A stretch of 64,000 bases of DNA, from contig CATNEN010000001.1 in assembly GCA_950097015.1 (NCBI GenBank), positions 21,762,001-21,826,000 on the forward strand, written 5' to 3'. The DNA is from Macrostomum hystrix. Its lineage: Eukaryota; Animalia; Platyhelminthes. Made by a program: the position numbers and the translations under genes. The notes below the pieces were generated by a model that had not been told where the DNA came from, did not search any database, and was given only the letters and a program-made list of their open reading frames with translations. Below are positions 12,657-24,757 of the stretch, piece after piece; position 1 is the first letter of the stretch; the number at the start of each line of letters is the position of its first letter.

Positions 12657-13684
12657 TTCTTCCCCTCATTTCTCCCGTTTGTTACCCCTATTTCTCCCGT
12701 TTCTTCCCCCCCCCCAATTTCTCCCGTTTGTTCCCCCAATTTCTCCCATTTGTTCCCCTTAGTTCTCACATTTCTGCCCCCTCATTTCTCCCGTTTCTTC
12801 CCCCCCCCCCAATTTCTCCCGTTTGTTCCCCCAATTTCTCCCATTTGTTCCCCTTAGTTCTCACATTTCTGCCCCCTCATTTCTCCCGTTTTTCCCCTTA
12901 GTTCTCACATTTCTGCCCCCTCATTTCTCCCGTTTCTTCCCCTCATTTCTCATATTCTTCCCCTCATTTTTAATGTTTCTTACCATCGGTTCTCACCTTT
13001 CTTCCCCTCATTTCTCACGTTCTTTCCCTCCATTTCTCCCGTTCTTCCCCTCGTTTCTCACGTTTCTTCCCTCCATTCTCGGCTTCCCAGTCCATTTTCA
13101 ATAAGCTTTCACGTAGCGAATTCGTGACTTTGCCGCGCATATTTCTCGCGCAGTATATTTTTCAGAATTTTTTCCGCATTTCAAGACCCCGCCGATCAAC
13201 AGACAGACTAACAGGCCCACTGCGCAATTTCGAAAACTTTTGGACTCATAAAAACTTATTGTCTAACAAAATAGTGCTATTTTTTCCCCACCTATGCTCG
13301 CGATTCTTGCCCATCAACAATTTCTAACTGGCACAGCAACCCTAGCCACCAACCCCAACTCCACAGCCACTGCACAGCCATTCACTCGGAATTACTTCAA
13401 GCCGCCGCGTGCATATGTATGTTACTCAAACCTCGCACCGCACTGCCTTGAGCACTTGGCTCCTCAACATACCTATACTCACCCCGTTTTGGCCCAGCAG
13501 ATTCTCCATCGTTCACTGTGAGAAATAAGTGCCCACCCCACTCTACTCTGAATCTGATTCCAGCTAACACACTCGAGTCTGTGTATCCAGAATAGAATTC
13601 GCTTATAACTTATTCTCATTAGTAATCGACCGCTATTTTGCTCTAAACAATCTGTACACTGCTATACAATCTGCACACTGCTAT

Positions 13685-16276
13685 GTGCAGAGGCGCAGGA
13701 ATTCTTCGAGTTCCTGTCGGAGCAGCTCGAGATGGTGGCGCATCGCGACACTGTGGTGATGCTTGGTGATCTCAACGCTGTAGCGCCGCGGTCCCAGCGC
13801 TGCCCGTTTGTGTCGCCACGCCAGAACGCCAACACCGCCGCGCTTGCGGACCTGATGGCGAGGCTCGACCTGGTGTCAGCCAACACGCGCTTCCGCAAAC
13901 CGCCCAACCGGCTGGCGACCTTCGCCGGCTGCAAGCGAAGGAGGCGGAACGCGCGAGGCCGATTCGCTACGACCCGCTTGGCGCAGCTCGACCACGTGCT
14001 GATTCGCCATCGCGAACGCAGCCGGCTGCAGAACTGCGACACAATGGAACCCCTGGCTGTCCGGTCCGACCATCGCCTGCTCTACTGCGACCTGAGGCTC
14101 TCTGATCCGCTGTACCGACCACCAAAACGCCCTAGAAGAAGGTACTTCCGCGCCTTGCAAGACCCAGGCACCCGCAGCAGGTTTGCGTACGCCTTCGCGA
14201 CCGCCCTGGGATCAGCGCAGGCGCCGGACTACAGCACAATTAGCTCAGCCATCGCCACTGCCGCTGCCAAGACTCTGCCGCTTATGGAACCCGCGTCACG
14301 GCAACTTCCAGTTTGGGCGAGCGACCCGGAGGTACGTGAGGCCCGCCGCACTGTCGAGCAGCTGCGGCGAGCCAGGCGACCGACATCCGATGCCGAGAAA
14401 GCCCTGGCAGACGCCTACGCAAGTCGACAGAAAGCCGCTGTTGACGACGCGATCCGGGCTGTCACCTCTGTCGGGCCTGAACGGCAGAACAGGGTCGTCT
14501 GGCCCGTTGTGAACGCCCTCACCGGTCGCAAAACGAAAGCGGCGCTCAACCTGGCTGGCGATACTGCCGAGGAGCGCAGAAACGAGCTGCGCACCTTCTT
14601 CGCCGCCATTGTCAACGCGCCGCCGCCGACTCTGCCGAACGAGATGCCGCTGCCCCCCGAGGTGGCGCTACCGCGGCAGGAGGACTTCGACACCAGTCCA
14701 GTGACCAGCACCGACATCGTGGAATTCGCCCGCAGGGCACCGGGAGGCCGCGCCCCCGGTCCGGATGAGGTCCCCGTAGAGGCACTGCGAGTCACAAGGG
14801 TTGCCACCGAGGTGGCCCGCGTGATGAACGGCGTCCTGGCGGGAGGCCCTGCGCCCCGCGAGTGGACCCAGGCCACCATCGTCGGCATCCCGAAGAAGCC
14901 GGGCACTACAAAGAAGGAGGAGCATCGCGGGATCTCGCTCATGTCCTGTGCCGCGAAGCTGTTCAACCGGGTGCTGTTAGCACGGTTACAGCCTGTGCTG
15001 GACTCGTTTCTGCGGTACGAGCAGAATGGGTTCCGGCCCCGTCGCGGCACGGTGACTCAGATCCTGGCCCTCCGTCGCATCATCGAGGAGGCGCGCATCC
15101 ACCAGTCAAGCCTTGTCGTCATCTTTGTTGACTTTCTCAAAGCTTTCGACTCGGTGGCCCGCGGCGCGCTGCCTCACGTGCTCCGTGCCTACAACATACC
15201 GCAGCAGCTGATCTCCGCCATCATGGCACTGTATCAGGACACCACCGCTGTGGTAGCGACGCCAGACGGACCGTCGGACCTGTTCAGCACTACCTCCGGA
15301 GTGCTGCAGGGTGACACCCTGGCGCCTTTTCTTTTCGTGCTGGTGATGGACTGGGTGCTCAGGACCGGCCTGCCGACTGCAGAGGACGGTTTTCTGCTTC
15401 AAAGACGCACTAGTCGACGGCACCCGGAGAAGAAGTTGTCTGTCCTCGGCTACGCGGACGACCTTGCCCTGCTGTCTACGACGGCCGAAGGCGCCCAACG
15501 GCTGCTGGATGGCCTGACTGCGGCGGCGGCGAGGGTCGGCCTCGCTATCAACGCCATGAAGACCGAGGTGCTGACGGTGCCGCAAAACCTACCTGCCGAG
15601 ATTCGACTAAGAGACGGTGACGGCCCCGGGACCGTGCTCCCGAAGTGCCGTCAGTTCGTCTACCTCGGCGGACTGGTGCCTGACGTGGGCGACGACCTGG
15701 CGAGACGACGCGGCAAGGCCTGGGCCGCCTACCGTTCTGTGCGGGCGGTGCTACTCTCCGAGGCCCTGTCGAACGGCGCCAGGTCCCAGCTTTTCCAGGC
15801 GGTTGTCGAGACCGCCCTCTTGTACAATGCTGAGACCTGGACGATGACCGGGGCGCTCGAGGCGCAGCTCGACGCGGCGCATGCGGCCCTAGTTCGCGCC
15901 GCTTTCGGCGCCCGCCGCAGCCCTGGCAGCGAGACAACCGAGTCCCTGTACCAGCGTGCGCGCCTAACGCGGCCTTCTGTCCTGCTGAGTCAGCGGCGAC
16001 TGCGGCTGGCCGGGCATGTCATCCGCGCGGAAACCTACTGCCCAGAGCCGCTGCAGGATGTCCTGCTGTGGACCTCGCAGGGACCGCGCAGGCGCGGCCA
16101 GGGACGTACAGCCCGCTATATTGACCGCCTTTTTGAAGACGCCCGAGCACCCAGCCAGGCGGCAGGCGTGAAGCACGTCAGAGACCTGGCACTGAAACGC
16201 GCGTTTTGACGCTCCCCCCTCTTGGCCACTTCTGTGGTCGGCGTGGAGTGTAACTATTATTATTATTATTATTATT
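13685..16276 (+). mobile_element. 5'-truncated RTE-like non-LTR retrotransposon
   Basis: Single GC-rich ORF, very short 3' UTR, (TAT)n tail at 16255-16276, and TSD-like ACACTGCTAT at 13675-13684 and 16277-16286. Confidence 0.9.
13732..16209 (+). CDS. LINE ORF: C-terminal part of APE endonuclease + reverse transcriptase
   Basis: APE motifs GDLNA, LDHVL, SDH. RT motifs APGPDEV, HRGISL, QNGFRP, DFLKAFDSV, GVLQGDTLAPFLF, YADD, YLG. RTE-type C-terminus LLYNAETW...RLRLAGHVIR. Confidence 0.95.
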   Translation: MVAHRDTVVMLGDLNAVAPRSQRCPFVSPRQNANTAALADLMARLDLVSANTRFRKPPNRLATFAGCKRRRRNARGRFATTRLAQLDHVLIRHRERSRLQNCDTMEPLAVRSDHRLLYCDLRLSDPLYRPPKRPRRRYFRALQDPGTRSRFAYAFATALGSAQAPDYSTISSAIATAAAKTLPLMEPASRQLPVWASDPEVREARRTVEQLRRARRPTSDAEKALADAYASRQKAAVDDAIRAVTSVGPERQNRVVWPVVNALTGRKTKAALNLAGDTAEERRNELRTFFAAIVNAPPPTLPNEMPLPPEVALPRQEDFDTSPVTSTDIVEFARRAPGGRAPGPDEVPVEALRVTRVATEVARVMNGVLAGGPAPREWTQATIVGIPKKPGTTKKEEHRGISLMSCAAKLFNRVLLARLQPVLDSFLRYEQNGFRPRRGTVTQILALRRIIEEARIHQSSLVVIFVDFLKAFDSVARGALPHVLRAYNIPQQLISAIMALYQDTTAVVATPDGPSDLFSTTSGVLQGDTLAPFLFVLVMDWVLRTGLPTAEDGFLLQRRTSRRHPEKKLSVLGYADDLALLSTTAEGAQRLLDGLTAAAARVGLAINAMKTEVLTVPQNLPAEIRLRDGDGPGTVLPKCRQFVYLGGLVPDVGDDLARRRGKAWAAYRSVRAVLLSEALSNGARSQLFQAVVETALLYNAETWTMTGALEAQLDAAHAALVRAAFGARRSPGSETTESLYQRARLTRPSVLLSQRRLRLAGHVIRAETYCPEPLQDVLLWTSQGPRRRGQGRTARYIDRLFEDARAPSQAAGVKHVRDLALKRAF

Positions 16277-17089
16277 ACACTGCTATACAATCTGTACACT
16301 GCTATACAACCTGTACACTGCTATACAATCTGTACACTGCTATACAATCTGTACACTGCTATACAATCTGTACACTGCTATACAATCTGTACACTGCTAT
16401 ACAATCTGTACACTGCTATACAATCTGTACACTGCTATACAATCTGTACACTGCTATACAATCTGTACACTGCTATACAACCTGTACACTGCTATACAAT
16501 CTGTACACTGCTATACAATCTGTACACTGCTAAACAATCTGTACACTGCTATACAATCTGTACACTGCTATACAACCTGTACACTGCTATACAATCTGTA
16601 CACTGCTATACAACCTGTACACTGCTATACAATCTGTACACTGCTATACAACCTGTACACTGCTATACAATCTGTGCACTGCTATACAACCTGTACACTG
16701 CTATACAATCTGTACACTGCTATACAATCTGTACACTGCTATACAACCTGTACACTGCTATACAATCTGTGCACTGCTATACAACCTGTACACTGCTATA
16801 CAATCTGTACACTGCTATACAATCTGTACACTGCTATACAACCTGTACACTGCTATACAACCTGTACACTGCTATACAATCTGTACACTGCTATACAATC
16901 TGTACACTGCTATACAACCTGTACACTGCTATACAATCTGTGCACTGCTATACAACCTGTACACTGCTATACAATCTGTACACTGCTATACAATCTGTAC
17001 ACTGCTATACAACCTGTACACTGCTATACAACCTGTACACTGCTATACAATCTGTACACTGCTATACAACCTGTACACTGCTATACAAT
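16277..17089. repeat. 19-bp minisatellite (ACACTGCTATACAATCTGT)n
   Basis: Directly visible; about two further units lie 5' of the LINE at 13648-13684. Confidence 0.97.
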
Positions 17090-17123
17090 CAGACAGACAG
17101 ACAGACAGACAGACAGAGTGACT

Positions 17124-17218
<95 letters not shown>

Positions 17219-17234
17219 TGACTGACTGACTGAC
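17090..17234. repeat. (AGAC)n / (TGAC)n microsatellite
   Basis: Directly visible. Confidence 0.97.
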
Positions 17235-18124
17235 AGGCAGAGAAAGATTAGGCAAATATCCTATACTAGGCATTCCATGTCTTCAGTGCTGCCAATCTAT
17301 CCCTACTCAACCCTCCTTCTGTCTTCCCATTCGACTCAGCAGCCCTTAGTTAGACTTATTTTTAAGTCTGCTCCACCCACTAATTTCCCTCATCGTCACT
17401 AAGATCCCCCTTGCTCCCTGCATCCCGCAGGAGTCCCAGAGTCATATTTATCCCCATCATCGCAACCCCATGGCAATCGCATAGGCATTTGCAATCTGGC
17501 CATTTGCCCAGCCCTCATTATTCTCGTCCTTTCGTTTTCGTCTTTGATACAATGTCGACAAGCGGAAATCCCCGACCTGTGGACAAGCCGGAGTTTGTTT
17601 TTCAATTTCTTGTTTAATATTTTCATCAGACATTTTTCTGAGTAGACCTGTTCGCCCATTAGGAATGACGTCACGCTTTGGTAATGTTGAGCAGCGAGGG
17701 AAATAGACTCCACTCTGAGAACAGAGGATCTGTTTGATTAACTGAGCAAGCAGCTCACAATTACACAATTACTCATTTCCCCACTAGTGAGACAGCTCTC
17801 TAAAATGGTATAGAGACTGCTGCTGCTCCTGCTGTTGCTTCTACCGAAGAATTTTCCTTGATTAAACCTCTAACGGCCCGTATACCACCTCACATGATCT
17901 CATCAAGTTACTTTCTGCACATCAGCATGTCTCCAGTGTCTTTCATTATTTGACCAAATATTTATAATCCCCAGTTTTCGAGCAATCGTACGACTGGTTG
18001 ATCCTATCAAATTCACTCATGTACACAGCGGGTCGGCTTTTAAGCTAAACTCTGTTTGAATTCCATTTGTATCTTCACCGCCTTCTCTTCTCATACTGTC
18101 ATTTCTCCACTACCTCTCCACAGT

Positions 18125-18825
18125 CACTTTCTTCCCCCCTCTCTCCCCTTTCTTCGCCTCTTTCCCCCTTTCTTCCCTCCTCTCTCCCCTTTCTTCTCCC
18201 CTTTCTTCCCTCTTCTCTCCCCTTTCTTCCCTCCTCTCTCTCCTTTCCTTCCCCTCTCTCCCCTTTCTCCCCCTCTCCCCTTTCTTTCACCTCTCTCCCC
18301 TTTCTTTCCCCTCTCTCCCCTTTCTTTCCCATCTCCCTTTTCCTTCCCCTCTCTCCCCTTTCTTCCCTCCTCTCTCTCCTTTCCTTCCCCTCTCTCCCCT
18401 TTCTTTCCCCTCTCTCCCCTTTCTTTCCCATCTCCCCTTTCCTTCCCCTCTCTCACCTTTCTTCCCTCCTCTCTCTACTTTCCTTCCCTTCTCTCCCCTT
18501 TCTCCCCTCTCTTCCCTTTCTCCCCTCTCTTCCATTTCTTCTCTCCTCTCTCTCCTTTCCTTCCCCTCTCTCCCCTTTCTCCCCTCTCTCCCCTTTCTTC
18601 CCTCCTCTCTCCCCTTTCTTCCCTCTTCTCTCTCCTTTCCTTCCCCTCTCTCCCCTTTCTTTCCCCTCTCTCCCCTTTCTCCCCCTCTATCCCCTTTCTT
18701 CCCTCCTCTCTCCCCTTTCTTTCCCCTCTCTCCCCTTTCTCCCCCCTCTATCCCCATTCTTCCACCGCTATCCTCTTCCTCCCTTCCTTTCTTCCTCTAA
18801 CCTCTTCCCCTCTCTCCTCTCTCAA
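18125..18825. repeat. Polypyrimidine (CT-rich) low-complexity tract
   Basis: Almost purine-free plus strand over about 700 bp. Confidence 0.95.
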
Positions 18826-19516
18826 TCTAATTCTCCCCTGTCTGTTACCCTCTCACCCTAATCCCTTTCCCTTTCCAACTTGAGAAATCGTTGAAAATAG
18901 CATTGGTAATCACCAGATCACGTTCGCCAACCACAAACTAGAAGAAAAAATCTGTTTCTTTTTCCCACAGAACCTTTTAACAGAAAATTAAAAACAAGAA
19001 ATTTTCCTTCATGCTTTCAGAGTTATAAGAAGCCTTACTTCCGCTAACAATACTGACAAAAACTTGTTAGAGAGATGAGAACAGATACACGCGGTACAGA
19101 GAATCAGACAGAAATAAGGTTCTTTTGCTGTCGCAACTTTTTCTAGCAACTCCCGAATCGACGATGCTCTGTCCTTACTGACATCACGGCATCCGTCAGC
19201 AACGGGGAAGTCTTTACACCCCATTACATTTCGGCTCTTCCTTGTGAATAGCCGAGGACCCTTCGGAAAACCTGCGGCAACAGCAGCGGTTGATTTTAAT
19301 TAGTTCTGCCCCAGTGTTTTCGTGACTAGAGCAGCACCCGTACTGCTCAGCAATATGGTGTGCTCAAATTCTTACTTAGATATAAATATCCCTCCCTATA
19401 TATATATATATAGACGTGTGCGACTGAAACACATTAATAGGTTCCTAAATATGCGCTATAGAATACTCTACGACTGGATAGATACTATTATATGCGCTAA
19501 ACACTAGGAATGCAAA

Positions 19517-20380
19517 GCGGACAGGTGGAATAGTGGACAGGTAGATCAATGGACAGGTAGATTAGTGGACAGGTAGATCAATGGACAGGTAGATTAGTGG
19601 ACAGGTAGATCAATGGACAGGTAGATTAGTTCACAGGTAAATCAGTGGACAGTTAGATCAATGGATAGGTAGATCAGTGTCTAAAAGTAGACAGGTGGAC
19701 AAGTAATTAGGTGGACAAGTAATTAGGTGGACAAGTAATTAGGTGGACAAGTAATTAGGTGGACAAGTAATTAGGTGGACAAGTAATTAGGTGGACAAGT
19801 AATTAGGTGGACAAGTAATTAGGTGGACAAGTAATTAGGTGGACAAGTAATTAGGTGGACAAGTAATTAAGTGGACAAGTAATTAGGTGGACAAGTAAAT
19901 AGGTGGACAAGTAATTAGGTGGACAAGTAATTAGGTGGACAAGTAATTAAGTGGACAAGTAAATAGGTGGACAAGTAATTAGGTGGACAAGTAAATAGGT
20001 GGACAAGTAATTAAGTGGGCAAGTAATTAGGTGGACAAGTAATTAGGTGGACAAGTAATTAGGTGGACAAGTAATTAGGTGGACAAGTAATTAGGTGGAC
20101 AAGTAATTAAGTGGACAAGTAATTAGGTGGACAATTAATTAGGTGGACAAGTAATTAGGTGGACAAGTAATTAGGTGGACAAGTAATTAGGTGGACGAGT
20201 AATTAGGTGGACAAGTAATTAGGTGGACGAGTAATTAGGTGGACAAGTCATTAAGTGGACAAGTAGACAGGTGGACAGACTCGACAGGTGGACAGACTCG
20301 ACAGGTGGACAGACTCGACAGGTGGACAGAGTAGACAAGTGGACAATTTGACAGGTGGACAAGTGGACAGGTGGACAAAT
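19517..20380. repeat. 16-bp minisatellite (GGTGGACAAGTAATTA)n with related flanking units
   Basis: Directly visible. Confidence 0.95.
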
Positions 20381-21224
20381 TCAGATGCAGATAAGAAACA
20401 AAAGTACAAAAAAGTACAAAACGGTAGCCAGCGATTCAGTTAATATAAATCAGTTTATAATTTAAACGGGCATCAATTTAAACAGCCAAACTGTAAAAGT
20501 CTCAAGTAAAATGGCTATCAATCAGGGAAGCTACTAATTAATAATTGTCTAACCGAACGGTATCAGCCTAAGCCATATGCGTAGCACAAGCCGCTCTGGT
20601 ATTACACTGCTCAGAGCATCGCATGAAAACAAGCGCGGGATTGCTATAAGTTTTTAGCCAGCAAGGCCAACAGGAATACAAGAAGGCTAGTTAGGCTCGA
20701 GAAATCAATGCAATCTCCCTAACTCCCCAGAGGATAATTAGTTTGACGGTGGGGCGCAGTTTTCAAAAGAAGATTCCATGTCCCGAAATCTCATCAGGAA
20801 GATCAGACAGACAGTCAGAGGAGGAAGCGATCGATCTTTCAGACAAAAACTGGAGATTGGGGCAGTCAGGACAAGATGGTAAAAATGTAGGGAAAATATG
20901 GAGACTAGCCGGCAGAGCATCGTGGTTGCGAACGGGTCACCCATATAGATGACATCGGCTTGATGTAAGCCATTTTCTTATCTGAACTGTTGGGTTCAAC
21001 AGTTTTTCTGTTTGAAATGGGAGATGCCGCACTGCGCTGCGCAATGTCTTTTCGATCGCTGTGCCGGAAAAAAGAACTATTGATTTTGGAGCTTAGATTT
21101 CCTTTCTCCGATGCCCCTCAAGGCTATGCAAAGCTGAATTCGAAATAAGCGAAACAATTTTCACGGAGCCAAACGACATCACTTGCTTGCTGAGAGAGAA
21201 TACTGAAAAGTGCAAACAGGGGCT

Positions 21225-22257
21225 GAGATAAGGATTGGATAAGGGTGAGATAAGAATTGGAGAAGGGTGAGATAAGGATTGGAGAAGGGTGAGATAAGGA
21301 TTGGAGAAGGGTGAGATAAGGATTGGAGAAGGGTGAGATAACGATTGGAGAAGAGTGAGATAAGGGTTGGAGAAGGGTGAGATAAAGGTTGGATAAGGGT
21401 GGGTTAAGGGTTAGATAAGGGTGAGATAAGGATTGGAGAAGGGTGAGATAAGGGTTGGAGAAGGGTGAGATAAGGGTTGGAGAAGGGTGAGATAAGAATT
21501 GGAAAAGGGTGAGATAAAATTGGAGAAGGGTGAGATAAGGATTGGAGAAGAGTGAGATAAGGGTTGGAGAACAGTGAGATAAGGATTGGATAAGGGTGAG
21601 ATAAGAATTGGAGAAGGGTGAGATAAGGGTTGGAGAAGGGTGAGATAAGGGTTGGATAAGGGTGAGATAAGGGTTGGAGAACAGTGAGATAAGGGTTGGA
21701 TAAGGGTGAGTTTAGGATTGGAAAAGGGTGAGATAAGGGTTGGAAAAGGGTGAGATAAGAATAGGAGAAGGGTGAGATAAGGATTGGAGAAGAGTGAGAT
21801 AAGGGTTGGAGAAGGGTGAGATAAGAATTGGAGAAGGATGAAATAAGGGTTGGGTAAGGGTGAGTTTAGGATTGGAAAAGGGTGAGATAAGGGTTGGATA
21901 AGGGTGAGATAAGGGTTGGATAAGGGTGAGTTAAGGATTGGATAAGGGTGAGTTAAGGATTGGATAAGGGTGAGATAAGGATTGGAGAAGTGTGAGATAA
22001 GGGTTGGAAAAGGGTGAGATAAGGGTTGGATAAGGGTGAGATAAGGGTTGGAAAAGGGTGAGATAAGGGTTGGATAAGGGTGAGATAAGGGTTGGATAAG
22101 GGTGAGATAAGGGTTGGAAAAGGGTGAGATAAGGGTTGGATAAGGGTGAGATAAGGGTTGGATAAGGGTGAGATAAGGATTGGATAAGGGTGAGATAAGG
22201 GTTGGATAAGGGTGAGATAAGGGTTGGAAAAGGGTGAGATAAGGGTTGGATAAGGGT
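21225..22257. repeat. 22-bp G-rich minisatellite (GGGTGAGATAAGGGTTGGATAA)n
   Basis: Directly visible; starts about 70 nt into the first intron of receptor unit A. Confidence 0.95.
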
Positions 22258-22325
22258 TCGCGAAATCTAGCTCTAGCGTTATCAGTTAAAACTATAGAGT
22301 TTAAATGACTAATTGAAGCACTTAC

Positions 22326-22702
22326 CCCACTGACAGCTGATAGAAGTACGGGTTCATGTGATAGTTCAGGTAGTAAGGATCCACAGTAGACATGCCGGCA
22401 ATGCCATTGTGCAGTCGAGGGTTCTTCTCAACAGTCTGGAACCATTTGATGTCCTCGAAAAGCACCTCCTTGGTGACGCTACTGAGCAGCGAGTGAAAGC
22501 GGCTGTTGCTCTGCACCTCATCCCAGGCCAAGTCGAACACTGTGGCGAGTGTCGGCGCATTCAGGTAATAGGCCGTCGACCTGGGCGCAACCAGGTAGAC
22601 TCTGAGATGCCTGGTGCAATTATAATTCACTACCGCTTGGCTGCGTTGCCATGGAAACAGCAACGCGGCCGTTAATAGTAGCAAAATATTGCTGCGTCTC
22701 AT
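22326..22702 (-). CDS. First coding exon of ANF-receptor-type unit A
   Basis: ATG at 22702, signal peptide MRRSNILLLLTAALLFPWQRSQA, then LRVYLVAP and ATVFDLAW (parallel to VTVLLLAP and AAFDVAM of unit B). Donor GG|gtaag at 22325 (phase 2) joins exon 7391-6973 in frame across a 15-kb intron. Confidence 0.65.
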
Positions 22703-22788
22703 TGCATTGAAACCCAAAGTCTAATGAAGATTAGACTAACTAAATTTGTTATCTATAATATTTTTATAGAACTCAACAAATGGAAGGC

Positions 22789-22902
22789 TTATATGGAGAA
22801 AAAGGTGTGAAATCCCAGAATCCCAGGTTCAGAACAGCTATAAGTGTGCCGGGTTGTTGGGGAATCAAGAACTTCCCTACTCAGGAACTCTGATCTGATT
22901 GG
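22789..22902 (-). promoter_or_regulatory. TATA-like (CATATAAG) and CCAAT (AGCCAATCAG) elements upstream of receptor unit A
   Basis: Minus-strand motifs about 90 and 195 bp upstream of ATG 22702. Confidence 0.35.
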
Positions 22903-23496
22903 CTGTCCACTAGGCTGCCGAACCAAAGATGAGAAAAAAGGATTTTTAACGTAGGGCAGTGGGAGAATGATCATCACTTTGGGATGCCATATTGAGAATG
23001 ATCCTCATTGATAATATTCCATTGTGAGAATGAATTATCCTCACTAAAAATATCATTCTATGGATAGAATTATCCTAACTGTTGAGATCCTTTAGAGAGC
23101 TTAATTCTCTCCAATGAGATCGCAAAATATCCCATAAGGAGAATTACACTAACAAATGAGATGCCGCTAAGATACTGCTCCACATGTCAGATCCCAATGG
23201 GAGAATGATGTTTGAGCTCTAAAAGATTAGCCCACGAGACTAAATATGTTGGAATTTTTTTGAATTAAAAAAGGTGTTAGACAAACAGAGTCACTCAGGT
23301 TTCAAATGTCAAAGACAAACATGTCTAGTCTTCTCAAAGCTGGCTAGCAGCTGCTCAAAAGGCTACATAAGAAGGTAAGATCTATAAATGGATTAAGCTT
23401 AGCAAGCTTAAGGTAGTCCAAGCCATGACTATTTTGGATTCTGTACAAAAAAAGCATGCTCAAATGGGCGTAACATGTGGGAAAAGTGACCTAAAG

Positions 23497-24757
23497 TCTA
23501 ACACAACCGTTCATCTGTCTAACACACCGGTTCAACTGTCTAACACACTGGTTAATGTGTCTAACACACTGGTTCATCTGTCTAACACACTGATTTATCT
23601 GTCTAACACACTGGTTCATCTGTCTAACACACTGGTTCATCTGTCTAGCACACTGATTTATCTGTCTAACACACTGGTTCATCTGTCTAACACACTGGTT
23701 CATCTGTCTAACACACTGGTTCATCTGTCTAACACACTGGTTCATCTGTCTAGCACACTGATTTATCTGTCTAACACACTGGTTCATCTGTCTAACACAC
23801 TGGTTCATCTGTCTAACACACTGGTTCATCTGTCTAACACACTGGTTCATCTGTCTAACACACTGGTTCATCTGTCTAGCACACTGATTTATCTGTCTAA
23901 CACACTGGTTCATCTGTCTAACACACTGGTTCATCTGTCTAACACACTGGTTCATCTGTCTAACACACTGGTTCATCTGTCTAACACACTGGTTCATCTG
24001 TCTAGCACACTGATTTATCTGTCTAACACACTGGTTCATCTGTCTAACACACTGGTTCATCTGTCTAACACACTGGTTCATCTGTCTAACACACTGGTTC
24101 ATCTGTCTAACACACTGGTTCATCTGTCTAGCACACTGATTTATCTGTCTAACACACTGGTTCATCTGTCTAACACACTGGTTCATCTGTCTAACACACT
24201 GGTTCATCTGTCTAACACACTGGTTCATCTGTCTAACACACTGGTTCATCTGTCTAACACACTGGTTCATCTGTCTAACACACTGGTTCATCTGTCTAAC
24301 ACACTGGTTCATCTGTCTAACACACTGGTTCATCTGTCTAACACACTGGTTCATCTGTCTAGCAAACTGATTTATCTGTCTAACACACTGGTTCATCTGT
24401 CTAACACACTGGTTCATCTGTCTAACACACTGGTTCATCTGTCTAACACACTGGTTCATCTGTCTAACACACTGGTTCATCTGTCTAACACACTGGTTCA
24501 TCTGTCTAACACACTGGTTCATCTGTCTAACACACTGGTTCATCTGTCTAACACACTGATTTATCTGTCTAACACACTGGTTCATCTGTCTAACACACTG
24601 GTTCATCTGTCTAACACACTGGTTCATCTGTCTAACACACTGGTTCATCTGTCTAACACACTGGTTCATCTGTCTAACACACTGGTTCATCTGTCTAACA
24701 CACTGGTTCATCTGTCTAACACACTGGTTCATCTGTCTAACACACTGGTTCATCTGT
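23497..24757. repeat. 21-bp minisatellite (TCTAACACACTGGTTCATCTG)n, about 60 copies
   Basis: Directly visible, with higher-order periodic variant units. Confidence 0.98.

Noticed and set aside
11740-12901. Long ORFs of 340-368 aa in three frames
   Set aside because: They are translations of the 20-bp minisatellite; stop-free by chance and not gene-like.
21225-22257. Interstitial telomeric array
   Set aside because: The unit is 22 bp and essentially lacks canonical (TTAGGG)n runs.
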